39,031 bases of DNA from an uncultured Dehalococcoidia bacterium (lineage in GTDB: Bacteria > Chloroflexota > Dehalococcoidia > UBA2247 > RBG-13-53-26), in the NCBI GenBank assembly GCA_964624525.1, contig CAZUZX010000001.1:1-39031 (forward strand), given 5' to 3'. Of the stretch, positions 1 through 8,896 are shown in pieces. Made by a program: the position numbers and the translations under genes. The notes under the pieces were generated by a model. It was given only the letters and a program-made list of their open reading frames with translations. It was not told where the DNA came from and ran no database searches. Position 1 is the stretch's first letter, and the number at the start of each line of letters is the position of its first letter.

Positions 1-5
1 CCACC

Positions 6-34
6 TTGACAGCATACCAGCGCAGTAAGATAAT
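6..34 (+). promoter_or_regulatory. Candidate sigma70-type promoter (TTGACA-N17-GATAAT)
   Basis: TTGACA at 6-11, 17-nt spacer, GATAAT at 29-34. It lies about 245 nt upstream of the accC ATG. This is a pattern match only, at the window edge. Confidence 0.25.
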
Positions 35-280
35 TAGCGAGGTTAACGAGTAATCATCACGGAGACGAAATTTTATCGCTTTTGCTGCTCACACTATGGT
101 ATCGCGCTAGATATCGCCTGTGAATAAAACATGAGTTGTTACCACAAATTTCTACAGGCTGAGCTGAGAAAGCGACTATTTTACAGGTAATGCTCCGTCC
201 TACTATGTTTGTTGCCTCTTTTTGGATAACCTCATGTAAGGATACCTTTAAAGTTCCATACTACAAAGGAGAACTACATC

Positions 281-1702
281 ATGTTTGATAAAATCATGAT
301 TGCCAATCGAGGCGAAATAGCAGTGAGGGTAATAAGAGCTTGCAAAGAGATGGGAACACGTACAGTTGCGGTTTACTCCGACGTCGATGCTAATTCCTTG
401 CACGTTAAGCTTGCTGACGAAGCTTATCCCATCGGACTGGCCGAAGCGACACAGAGTTACCTCAATGTGGAAAAAATACTGGAAGTTGCTAAACAAAGCG
501 AGGTCGATGCTATTCACCCCGGCTACGGCTTTCTTGCCGAAAATCCTCAATTTGCCGAAATGTGTGAGAGAGAAGGGATTATTTTTATAGGACCACCGGG
601 GCAGTGTATGGCTAGGATTAAACCGAAACATAAAGCACGTCAGCTTATGAGGATGCTTAATATACCTGTAGTCCGGGGTTCTGACGAGCCTTTAATCAAC
701 TCAACGGGTAATGGATTCAGCCGAATTCAAGAAATAGCGGAGGATATTGGCTATCCTGTTATCCTTAAACCCTCGGGTGGGGGTGGTGGCATCGGCATGG
801 CTGTGGCAAGAAACCGGGAGGAGTTAGTTAATGTTGTTCACTCTGTCGAACGAAAAGGAAAGAGGATCTTTGGTATCCCCTCATTCTATGTGGAAAAGTT
901 TCTCCCCGGAGTAAAGCATGTAGAAGTTCAAGTGCTTGCTGATAAGTATGGAAATGTCATTCACCTAGGGGAGAGAGACTGCTCTATTCAGCGAAGATTT
1001 CAAAAGCTAATAGAAGAAGCACCGTGTCATATTCTATCACCGCACTTGAGGATGAAGATGTATGTGGCCGCTCTTGACGTAGCTGTAGCTCTGCAGTATG
1101 TCAATGCATTAACGGTAGAGTTCTTTTACCTACCATATACACAGGAGTTTTACTTTAACGAGGTGAACTCCCGGTTGCAAGTAGAGCATTGCGTAACTGA
1201 ACTTGCCACTGACATAGATATCGTTAAAGAACAAATTAGAATCGCCGCTGGCAATCGGTTAAGTTATAATCAAGACGAGATTAATCTCCATGCCTTTGCT
1301 TTAGAATGCCGGATTGCCGCGGAAGATGTCGCACGCAACTTTTCACCCTGTCCCGGGACTATAACAGGACTCCAGCTTCCCTGTGGTCCGGGTGTCAGGA
1401 TTGACGAAGGAATATACGAAGGGTATGAGATTCCTTTCTACTATGAGTCTCTACTCCTTAAACTGATGACGTGGGGAAGAACAAGGAATGAAGCAATATT
1501 GCATATGAAGAGAGTTCTTAATGAAATAAGAATTGAAGGAACAGAGACAACTGTTCCCTTTCATCAGATAGCATTGGAGGATGAAACGTTCAACAGTGGT
1601 GAATATACTACCGACTTCGTGGTTAGGCAGAATATCGTTCAAAAAGTTCGTGAGAGAGCAAAGAGTAGAGTCTGCAATGAGATTGACCCAGTCTCTCGGT
1701 AA
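281..1702 (+). CDS. accC: Biotin carboxylase (acetyl-CoA carboxylase AccC / pyruvate carboxylase subunit A type)
   Basis: 473-aa ORF. Motifs match ATP-grasp biotin carboxylases: MFDKIMIANRGEIAVRVIRACKEMG, glycine loop KPSGGGGGIGM, RDCSIQRRFQKLIEEAP, EVNSRLQVEHCVTE and ECRIAAED. SD aaaggaga lies upstream of the ATG. Confidence 0.93.
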   Translation: MFDKIMIANRGEIAVRVIRACKEMGTRTVAVYSDVDANSLHVKLADEAYPIGLAEATQSYLNVEKILEVAKQSEVDAIHPGYGFLAENPQFAEMCEREGIIFIGPPGQCMARIKPKHKARQLMRMLNIPVVRGSDEPLINSTGNGFSRIQEIAEDIGYPVILKPSGGGGGIGMAVARNREELVNVVHSVERKGKRIFGIPSFYVEKFLPGVKHVEVQVLADKYGNVIHLGERDCSIQRRFQKLIEEAPCHILSPHLRMKMYVAALDVAVALQYVNALTVEFFYLPYTQEFYFNEVNSRLQVEHCVTELATDIDIVKEQIRIAAGNRLSYNQDEINLHAFALECRIAAEDVARNFSPCPGTITGLQLPCGPGVRIDEGIYEGYEIPFYYESLLLKLMTWGRTRNEAILHMKRVLNEIRIEGTETTVPFHQIALEDETFNSGEYTTDFVVRQNIVQKVRERAKSRVCNEIDPVSR

Positions 1703-1759
1703 GAACTGACGTACACTGATGAGAAATAAAGTTAGCATACTTGGCTCATTTCTTCAATC

Positions 1760-1778
1760 CCCCTCTTCAGGGGTTCTT
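1760..1778 (+). terminator. Weak hairpin plus T-rich tail downstream of accC
   Basis: cccct (1760-1764) pairs with agggg (1769-1773) around a cttc loop, followed by ttctt. The stem is only 5 bp. Confidence 0.2.
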
Positions 1779-1944
1779 ACTAGCTTACTATTTTCTAAAA
1801 CATTTAGCCTCTGCAATTATTGACAAAGCGCTCGAACCCATAAGATGACTGGCAACATTAACTAATTAATCGCTGCAATTAAAATGAGGGCTGCACGGAG
1901 GAAAAACCTTATCCGGAGGAGAACCATATCACTTTCCATCCGAT

Positions 1945-2478
1945 TTAGGAGAGCATGCCCAAGAAAATTCCAGTCAGCACTGAAGTAGCAATAGCCCCCA
2001 CCATATTAGCACCCACAGCATGCATCAATCCCCCACGCACAAAGCTAGGAGGAAGGTCAACACATCTACAACTACAGTGCTCGCTGATTCAGCTAGCCTA
2101 TCAGTCACACCACTGGCTCGCAACAAATTTCCAAACACGAGCATACCAATAAGAGGTGCTGACTTCGGGACAAGTAAAGTAGCCACGATAAAAACTATTA
2201 TAGGGAAAATAATCGTCTCCAGCCTAGAGACCTCACGCACCCGGGGCTTTATATACATACTCCGCTCCCTCTTAGTGGTGAGCAATTTTATTATCGGCGG
2301 TTGAATGAGAGATACAAGAGCCATAATAGGAATAAGCTGCCAGCGTAATTGGACCAAGCAAGTGGGGTGCAAGAGCAACAGCAAGATAGACTGTTGGTAG
2401 TCCATCAGAACCACCAATGATGCCTATACAGGCTGCCTTTCTTATAGTGAGCCAAGCAGCAAGGAAGTTTTTAGGCAC
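1945..2478 (-). pseudogene. oadB: Degraded Na+-translocating oxaloacetate/methylmalonyl-CoA decarboxylase beta subunit (OadB family) remnant
   Basis: Three minus-strand segments in different frames match successive OadB regions. Segment 2478-2330: [33 protein letters not shown]. Segment 2330-2025: [21 protein letters not shown]...SAPLIGMLVFGNLLRASGVTDRLAES...FLLALCVG. Segment 2040-1945: LMHAVGANMVGAIATSVLTGIFLGMLS-stop. The N-terminal third and about 100 aa between segments 2 and 3 are absent. Confidence 0.75.
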
Positions 2479-2531
2479 TTTAGATTAGTAGGTTTGACGT
2501 TAAGTTTAACCCTAGATAGAATACAGTCTAA

Positions 2532-2619
2532 GGAGAGGTGACCGAGAGGCTGATGGTGCCGCTCTCGAAAAGCGGTCTCCGATTATATCGGAGCGTGGGT
2601 TCGAATCCCACCCTCTCCG
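2532..2619 (+). tRNA. tRNA-Ser (anticodon CGA), no encoded CCA
   Basis: Cloverleaf read by hand. Acceptor GGAGAGG/CCTCTCC, anticodon stem CCGCT/AGCGG with loop CTCGAAA, long variable arm CTCCGA-TTATA-TCGGAG, T arm GTGGG-TTCGAAT-CCCAC. Confidence 0.9.
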
Positions 2620-2620
2620 T

Positions 2621-2710
2621 GGAGAGGTGCTGGAGTGGACTATCAGGCGCGCCTGGAGAGCGCGTGGTCGATTTATCGGCCCGTGGGTTCGAATCCCACC
2701 CTCTCCGCCA
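2621..2710 (+). tRNA. tRNA-Ser (anticodon GGA), CCA encoded
   Basis: Acceptor GGAGAGG/CCTCTCC, anticodon stem CGCGC/GCGCG with loop CTGGAGA, long variable arm GGTCGA-TTTA-TCGGCC, T arm GTGGG-TTCGAAT-CCCAC, 3' GCCA. It starts 1 nt after the previous tRNA. Confidence 0.9.
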
Positions 2711-2733
2711 ATTAGAAGGAAGGTTAATAGATT

Positions 2734-4086
2734 ATGAAAATCTCCCTCGTAGAGCCAAAAACTCCCGGTTATAATTTTTATACTTGGATTATTAAACATA
2801 TGCCTCTACTAGGTGCAATCTATCTGGGCACTATCCTTAAAAACGAAGGTCATGATGTTACCATCTATAATGAAAATTTAAAGAAGGTTGATTACTCCAA
2901 AATCAAGGACTCAGATATTTTGGGTATTTCAATTATGACCTCTACTGCCCCCCGCGGTTACCAGATAGCTGAAAATTTCCGATTGCTTAACCCAAAAGGT
3001 AAGATCATCATTGGTGGCTGCCATGCTACTTTTCTGCCTCAAGAGGCGGCACAGTATGCCGACCATGTGGTAACCGGAGAGGGAGAACTAGTGATTTCTG
3101 ACTTGGTCAATAACGGTGGAGAAAGAATTATCCGAGGTAAACCAGTGGAAAATCTTGACGAGTTGCCCTTTCCTGACTTCTCACTGATAGAGGGATTCAA
3201 ATTCAAGAAGCCTATGCGTATTACTCCAATATCTACTTCAAGAGGTTGTCCTTATGAGTGTAGTTTTTGCTCCGTCAGTCCCATGTTCGGCAGGAGATAC
3301 AGATTCCGAACTGTTGATAGTGTAATTGCCGAGTTATCCCGGTTTAAGCTGAAGCATATTTTCTTCTATGATGATAATTTTGCCGCTAATAAAGAAACAA
3401 CAAAGGAATTGCTCGCGCGAATGATTGAGCTCAGAATGACCCCGGGGTGGACAGCACAGGTTAGAGCTGATATAGCTAAAGATGAGGAATTAGTAAAGTT
3501 AATGGCAAAGGCAAATTGTCAACGATTATGTATTGGCTTTGAATCTATGAACCCAGAGAGCCTGAAGCAATATAATAAAAAGCAGACCCCAGAGGACGTA
3601 ACAAAGTGTATAAAGGTATTGCATAAATATGGCATTAAGGTTCATGGGATGTTCATCTCAGAGGGATATTCTGATATTTACAATAGATTGGGACTGGATA
3701 GCCTTCAATTGAGCATCTTAACTCCCATCCTGGGTAGTAAACTATATACAGCTATAAAAGATGCCAGAAGTTTTATTGTAGAAAAATATCCCACTGACTG
3801 GAAACTCTTCGATGGGCTCCATGTGGTTCATTTGCCCGATAATCTTTCACCTTTTGAGCTTCAGAAACAGACCCTTCAAGTGCTGAAAAAGTTTTATTCC
3901 CGAGCCAGTATAGTTAAGATGTTCCTTAAGGGTAGACTCGGTGATTTCTATGTACGTTGGCTGGGATACAGCCTGATCAAAAAGTGGGAATCCCAAAATA
4001 AGGATTACCTTGCCAAACTTAAACAGATCCGCACCTTTGAAAAAAGCAGCCCTGCGGGAAGACCAGATACCCTTAAACTATTCTAA
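2734..4086 (+). CDS. B12-binding-domain radical SAM protein
   Basis: 450-aa ORF. It has an N-terminal Rossmann-like cobalamin-binding-type domain (GISIMTS...IIIGGCHATFLP) and a CX3CX2C cluster motif, TSRGCPYECSFCSV. SD aggaagg precedes the ATG, which is 23 nt after the tRNA CCA. Confidence 0.85.
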   Translation: MKISLVEPKTPGYNFYTWIIKHMPLLGAIYLGTILKNEGHDVTIYNENLKKVDYSKIKDSDILGISIMTSTAPRGYQIAENFRLLNPKGKIIIGGCHATFLPQEAAQYADHVVTGEGELVISDLVNNGGERIIRGKPVENLDELPFPDFSLIEGFKFKKPMRITPISTSRGCPYECSFCSVSPMFGRRYRFRTVDSVIAELSRFKLKHIFFYDDNFAANKETTKELLARMIELRMTPGWTAQVRADIAKDEELVKLMAKANCQRLCIGFESMNPESLKQYNKKQTPEDVTKCIKVLHKYGIKVHGMFISEGYSDIYNRLGLDSLQLSILTPILGSKLYTAIKDARSFIVEKYPTDWKLFDGLHVVHLPDNLSPFELQKQTLQVLKKFYSRASIVKMFLKGRLGDFYVRWLGYSLIKKWESQNKDYLAKLKQIRTFEKSSPAGRPDTLKLF

Positions 4087-4123
4087 TGGTTTTCTGCTAG
4101 AATGATTCGTGGAAAGTTGAAAA

Positions 4124-5209
4124 ATGGACTTGGATGAGGTCAAATACTGGGTAGGCTTTAGCCTCATCCCCGGAATAGGAAGGGCTAAGTTTTACCTTCT
4201 CCAAAACCACTTCGGTAATTTAGGGAGAGCCTGGCATGCTTCTGCTGCTGAACTCCGGTCAGCTGGCTTAGATAGTAAATCAGCCGATACCATCATTGCT
4301 CGGCGTCCTCGCATATCTCTTGATGCTGAATTAGATAAACTGGAAAAGTATAACGTAAAAGTAATCACTGCCGATAATGCCGGCTATCCACGGCGGCTTA
4401 AGGAAATATATGATTATCCCCCGGTACTTTATGTCAGAGGGACTCTTATTCCCGAAGATGAGTGGGCTATTGCGGTGGTAGGTACCCGCCGTGCTTCAAT
4501 ATATGGACGACAAGTTACCGAGGAAATTGTTGCCAATTTAGCCCGCCATAAAATCACCATTATCAGCGGGCTAGCCAAGGGTGTTGATGCCATAGCCCAT
4601 CGGACAGCCTTAGAAGCAGGGGGACGAACTATTGCCGTAGCTGGCTGTGGACTAGATATGGTTTACCCAAGCGAACATGTAAACCTAGCACGACAGATTA
4701 TGGAGCACGGTGCCCTGATTAGCGAATTTCCCTTAGGGACAAGACCTAAGGCGGAGCATTTTCCGCAGCGTAACCGCATTATGAGTGGCATGAGCCTGGG
4801 GGTGCTTGTAGTGGAGGCAGGGGAAAAAAGTGGTGCCTTGATCACAGCACACCAGGCATCGGAGCAGAACCGAGATGTCTTTGCTATCCCAGGGAGTATC
4901 TTTTCCCCGGCGAGCAAAGGTACTAATCGCCTTATTCAAGAAGGGGCAAAGTTAGTTTGTAACTACGCCGATATCCTGGAGGAACTGAATCTAACCGTGG
5001 TAGCGCAGCAGCTGGAAATGAAGGAGCTTGTTCCCACCACTGATACCGAGTCTCAACTATTAAGCTATCTTTCCAAAGAAGTGACGCATATCGATGACAT
5101 ATGCCGTCATAGTGGTCTGCCTGTAGCTACAGTAAGTAGCACCCTGGCTATGTTAGAGCTGAAAGGCTTAGCCAAGCAAGTAGGTGGCATGAAATATGTG
5201 CTTGTCTGA
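4124..5209 (+). CDS. dprA: DNA processing protein DprA/Smf
   Basis: 361-aa ORF with an N-terminal SAM-like region (GIGRAKFYLLQNHFG), a Rossmann-fold core (VVGTRRASIYG...IISGLAKGVDAIAHRTALEAGG-TIAV...GxD..YP) and a C-terminal winged-helix-like tail. The position upstream of topA is typical. Confidence 0.92.
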   Translation: MDLDEVKYWVGFSLIPGIGRAKFYLLQNHFGNLGRAWHASAAELRSAGLDSKSADTIIARRPRISLDAELDKLEKYNVKVITADNAGYPRRLKEIYDYPPVLYVRGTLIPEDEWAIAVVGTRRASIYGRQVTEEIVANLARHKITIISGLAKGVDAIAHRTALEAGGRTIAVAGCGLDMVYPSEHVNLARQIMEHGALISEFPLGTRPKAEHFPQRNRIMSGMSLGVLVVEAGEKSGALITAHQASEQNRDVFAIPGSIFSPASKGTNRLIQEGAKLVCNYADILEELNLTVVAQQLEMKELVPTTDTESQLLSYLSKEVTHIDDICRHSGLPVATVSSTLAMLELKGLAKQVGGMKYVLV

Positions 5210-5222
5210 ATAGGGCAAAGGG

Positions 5223-7118
5223 ATGGCGAAGGAATTAGTAATTGTTGAATCACCCGCCAAAGCAAGGACCCTTACCAGAATTCTGGGAAAACATTTTAAT
5301 GTTAAATCATCTCTAGGACATGTGCGAGACCTCCCCCCAAACCGATTAGGCGTAGATGTAAAGAATGGGTTTGCCCCAAAGTATGTGATTCTCAAAGAAA
5401 AAAGGAAGGTCGTAAAAGAATTAAAGGAAGCAGCAGAGAAAGCTGCAGTGGTATATCTTGCCACTGATCCCGATCGGGAAGGAGAGGCGATCTCCTGGCA
5501 TTTAATTAAGGCGGTTGAACTTAAGACAATACCAGTACATCGAGTAGTTTTCCACGAGATAACTGAAGAGGCAATCAAAGAGGCTTTTCATCAGCCCAGG
5601 CAGATTGATATGAACCTAGTTAATGCCCAACAAGCTAGGCGAATTCTCGATCGCTTAGTAGGCTATAAAATCAGCCCCCTGCTGTGGCGGAAGGTGAAGA
5701 GTAGGCTTTCTGCAGGAAGAGTGCAGTCAGTAGCCCTAAGAATGATTGCAGAGCGCGAGCGTGAGATCGAAAACTTTGTTCCCCAAGAATATTGGACAAT
5801 CGAGGTGGAACTAGCCAAGATAGCGGCATTAGATGATAAAGTTTCTAGCTTTAAAGCCAAGCTTGCTGGTCTTAAGGACGGTGAACGAAAGCTGGAAATT
5901 CACCGTCAAGAAGAAGCAGAGCAGATTGCCAGCCAGCTAAGAGTAGCTAATTACTTTGTTGCCAAGGTAAGCAAGAAAAGGATATCTCGCCACCCCACCT
6001 CACCCTTTACCACCAGCACTCTGCAGCAAGAAGCTTGGCGCAAGCTACATTTTACTGCTCAGCGCACCATGAAGATTGCCCAGCAACTCTATGAAGGGTT
6101 ATCTGTTGGTGAAGAGGGTGTAACAGGGCTTATCACCTATATGCGCACGGACTCTACCAAGGTAGCTGAGTCAGCAATAAAAGAGACCCGTGCCTACATT
6201 CGGGGAAAATATGGAGCTGGGTTCCTCCCCCCCCGCCCACGTCTTTTCGTTAAAAAAGCCAAGGGCGCTCAGGAAGCGCATGAAGCCATTCGTCCCACAA
6301 AAGTTAGTCGTGAACCCAATCTTATTAAGCCCTATCTTACTCCTGACCAAGCAAAACTATATGAGCTTATCTGGAAGCGAATGGTGGCTAGCCAAATGGC
6401 TGATGCCTTATTTGACACCACTACTATAGAGATAGAGGCAAAGGAACCCCTAGAGGGAAGGAGCTACATTTTAAAAGCTACTGGCTCGATACCACATTTT
6501 CTTGGCTTCCTCATCCTTTATAGTGAAGGGAAAGACGAGGTGGAGAGTGAGGAGGAAGGTAAAGCTCCCTTGCCTGCATTAGCTAAGGGTGATGAACTCA
6601 GATTTCTCGACCTCTTTCCGGAGCAACATTTTACTCAACCCCCTCCTCGCTATAATGAAGCTACACTGGTAAAAGCATTGGAGGAAAAGGGTATTGGACG
6701 CCCCAGCACCTATGCCCCTATTATCTCCACGTTGCGAGAGCGTGGCTATGTAGAAAGGAAAGAGGGACGATTTCATCCCTTAGAACTTGGCTTAGTAGTC
6801 AACGACTTACTGGTGGGGCACTTCTCTGAAATCGTCAACATAGACTTCACCGCCCGGATGGAAGAGCAACTAGATGAGATCGCTCGGGGTGAGGAGAACT
6901 GGGTAGGGGTGATTGGAGAGTTTTATACTCCTTTTGACGAAATGCTTCAAAAGGCATCTATGCAAATACCTAAGGTCAAAGTAGCTGATGAGCCAACGGA
7001 TGAGATTTGCCCCCAGTGTGGCAGAGCTATGGTGATTAGAATGGGGCGTTATGGTAAATTCATAGCTTGTAGCGGCTATCCTAAGTGCAAGATGACGAAG
7101 CCGCTAAATATAAAATGA
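5223..7118 (+). CDS. topA: DNA topoisomerase I (short form, single C-terminal Zn ribbon)
   Basis: 631-aa ORF. It has a TOPRIM N-terminus (LVIVESPAKARTL...GHVRDLP...ATDPDREGEAISWH), an active-site region ITYMRTDST and a C-terminal CPQCG...CSGYPKCK motif. Confidence 0.95.
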   Translation: MAKELVIVESPAKARTLTRILGKHFNVKSSLGHVRDLPPNRLGVDVKNGFAPKYVILKEKRKVVKELKEAAEKAAVVYLATDPDREGEAISWHLIKAVELKTIPVHRVVFHEITEEAIKEAFHQPRQIDMNLVNAQQARRILDRLVGYKISPLLWRKVKSRLSAGRVQSVALRMIAEREREIENFVPQEYWTIEVELAKIAALDDKVSSFKAKLAGLKDGERKLEIHRQEEAEQIASQLRVANYFVAKVSKKRISRHPTSPFTTSTLQQEAWRKLHFTAQRTMKIAQQLYEGLSVGEEGVTGLITYMRTDSTKVAESAIKETRAYIRGKYGAGFLPPRPRLFVKKAKGAQEAHEAIRPTKVSREPNLIKPYLTPDQAKLYELIWKRMVASQMADALFDTTTIEIEAKEPLEGRSYILKATGSIPHFLGFLILYSEGKDEVESEEEGKAPLPALAKGDELRFLDLFPEQHFTQPPPRYNEATLVKALEEKGIGRPSTYAPIISTLRERGYVERKEGRFHPLELGLVVNDLLVGHFSEIVNIDFTARMEEQLDEIARGEENWVGVIGEFYTPFDEMLQKASMQIPKVKVADEPTDEICPQCGRAMVIRMGRYGKFIACSGYPKCKMTKPLNIK

Positions 7119-7132
7119 GGTGGTAACTAAAA

Positions 7133-7579
7133 ATGAAAATATTAATTATCCATGGACCAAATCTAAATTTGCTGGGAAAGAGAAAGAAGGGAATTTATGG
7201 GGACAAGAACTTGGATGAAATCAATACTTTGCTTCAGCAACAAGCCAAAGAAATAGGTGTAGAAATAGTCGTTTTCCAGTCGAATAACGAGGGCACGCTA
7301 ATCGATTTTATTCAAGCGGAATCACCAACAGCAAATGGCATAATTATCAACCCCGGAGCATTAACTCACTATGGTCTTTCCCTGCGGGATGCTCTGGCTG
7401 ATGCCGAGCTTCCCTTAATCGAGGTTCACCTGTCTAATATCTATGCCAGGGAGGAATTTCGGCATAAGTCAGTGATTGCTCCTATTGCCAGGGGGCAGAT
7501 TAGCGGGTTAGGCTGGAGGGGATATATTGCTGCTCTGCGAGCTTTAGTAGCGGAATTAAGGGGAGAGAATTGGCAATAG
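7133..7579 (+). CDS. aroQ: Type II 3-dehydroquinate dehydratase
   Basis: 148-aa ORF. MKILIIHGPNLNLLGKR...YG, INPGALTHY and HLSNIYAREEFRH are hallmark AroQ motifs. Confidence 0.95.
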   Translation: MKILIIHGPNLNLLGKRKKGIYGDKNLDEINTLLQQQAKEIGVEIVVFQSNNEGTLIDFIQAESPTANGIIINPGALTHYGLSLRDALADAELPLIEVHLSNIYAREEFRHKSVIAPIARGQISGLGWRGYIAALRALVAELRGENWQ

Positions 7580-8634
7580 CTCAGCGATTACAGAAGCTAC
7601 GTCAGAAACTCGCCGAAAAGGAGCTAGACGCCATCTTTATCTCTCAGCCAGAAAACTGCCGCTATCTCAGCGGTTTCACCGGCTCAGCAGGAACTTTACT
7701 AATTTCACAAGATAGCGCCATTCTGGCTACTGATTTTCGCTACTTAGAGCAAGCCAGAGGGCAAGCAACAAATTTTGAGATTTTACGGATTAAAAACCAG
7801 CCGGCAGAGTCGTTAGTAGAATTAATAGCCGGACGAGGGATAAGGAAACTTGGCTTTGAAGCAAATCATCTTTGCTTTGCCAGCTATCACCGTCTGGCTG
7901 AGAAAGCAGATAAACAGCAACTCCAACTTGTCCCTATCGAAGGATTGGTGGACTCCCTACGGGCAGTGAAAGAGGAAGAGGAGCTTGCCTGCTTAGTAAA
8001 AGCATCTCAGCTTGCTGATGCTGCTTTCAAATATATTGCCGACAAAATTTGTCCTGGAATGAAGGAAAAAGAGGTAGCCTGGGAGATAGAGAAGTTTCTC
8101 CGCGGAAGAAGTAGCGAGCCTGTCCCTTTTGATATTATTGTTGCTTCGGGTCCAAATGCTGCCTTGCCACATGCCAAGCCCACAGAGCGCCCCCTCTCTC
8201 CTAGCGAGCCTATCATCGTTGATTTGGGAGCCATGGTGGAGGGCTATTCTAGCGATATGAGTCGAACCTTTTGCCTTGGTTCAGGCGATGAAACTTTTAC
8301 CAAGGTTTATAACCTAATTCTCCAAGCCCAGCTCACTGCCTTAGCTAACCTTAAGGCAGGTATGACCGGTGAGCAGGTAGATAGTTTAGCGCGGAGGCTT
8401 ATTAAGCAAGGTAGCTATGAAGATGCCTTTGGGCATGGATTGGGGCATGGTGTAGGACTGGCTACCCATGAGCAACCTCGTCTCGGCCCCAATTCCATAG
8501 ATATCCTAGTTGAGCACATGGTATTTACTATTGAACCAGGCGTTTATCTCACTGGGTGGGGAGGGGTAAGAATTGAGGATATGGTAATAGTGGAAAAAGG
8601 CAGGGCAAAAACACTCACTAAAGCAAGAAAATGA
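7570..8634 (+). CDS. pepP: Xaa-Pro aminopeptidase / M24B metallopeptidase
   Basis: 354-aa ORF with a TTG start overlapping the aroQ end by 10 nt. It has a creatinase-like N-domain and M24 metal ligands in VDLGAMVEGYSSDMSRTF, HGLGHGVGL, FTIEPG and VRIED. Confidence 0.9.
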   Translation: MAIAQRLQKLRQKLAEKELDAIFISQPENCRYLSGFTGSAGTLLISQDSAILATDFRYLEQARGQATNFEILRIKNQPAESLVELIAGRGIRKLGFEANHLCFASYHRLAEKADKQQLQLVPIEGLVDSLRAVKEEEELACLVKASQLADAAFKYIADKICPGMKEKEVAWEIEKFLRGRSSEPVPFDIIVASGPNAALPHAKPTERPLSPSEPIIVDLGAMVEGYSSDMSRTFCLGSGDETFTKVYNLILQAQLTALANLKAGMTGEQVDSLARRLIKQGSYEDAFGHGLGHGVGLATHEQPRLGPNSIDILVEHMVFTIEPGVYLTGWGGVRIEDMVIVEKGRAKTLTKARK

Positions 8635-8664
8635 CCGATGAGAGCCTTTAGCAATTCCCTATTT

Positions 8665-8858
8665 GTCATTGCGAGCCCTTCGCTTTCTGTCATTCTGAGG
8701 GAGCAAAGCGACCGAAGAATCTTGCTCAGGGCAGGTTCCGCGAAGCAATCTCTTGGTTATCTTTGGGATTGCGGAGCTTGTTCCGAGCGTAAGCGAGGAA
8801 TCCCGCTCCGAGTTTGCTTCGGCTACGCCTCGCAACCGCTGGCGCTCCTCGCAATGAC
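8665..8858. repeat. Nested inverted-repeat (MITE/REP-like) intergenic element
   Basis: Outer arms are gtcattgcgag (8665-8675) and ctcgcaatgac (8848-8858). Inner arms are cgaagcaa (8741-8748) / ttgcttcg (8814-8821) and cggagc (8771-8776) / gctccg (8805-8810). It also contains a gtcattctgaggg...ccgaagaatc unit. It lies in the 262-nt pepP-efp gap. Confidence 0.6.
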
Positions 8859-8896
8859 GATAAACACTCTCTATTCGATTCTAGAGAGGTGCAGCA

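Noticed and set aside
248-631. 127-aa minus-strand ORF and 74-aa plus-strand ORF (366-590) overlapping accC
   Set aside because: They overlap the strongly supported biotin carboxylase frame and carry no recognisable motifs.
1955-2304. Plus-strand ORFs of 65 aa (1955-2152) and 94 aa (2020-2304)
   Set aside because: They are antisense to the OadB remnant. The minus-strand translation has clear family similarity and these do not.
2512-2799. 95-aa minus-strand ORF and 78-aa plus-strand ORF (2538-2774) over the tRNA locus
   Set aside because: Both are translations of the two tRNA-Ser genes. The repeated GFESHP / GIRTHG-type peptides come from the T arms.
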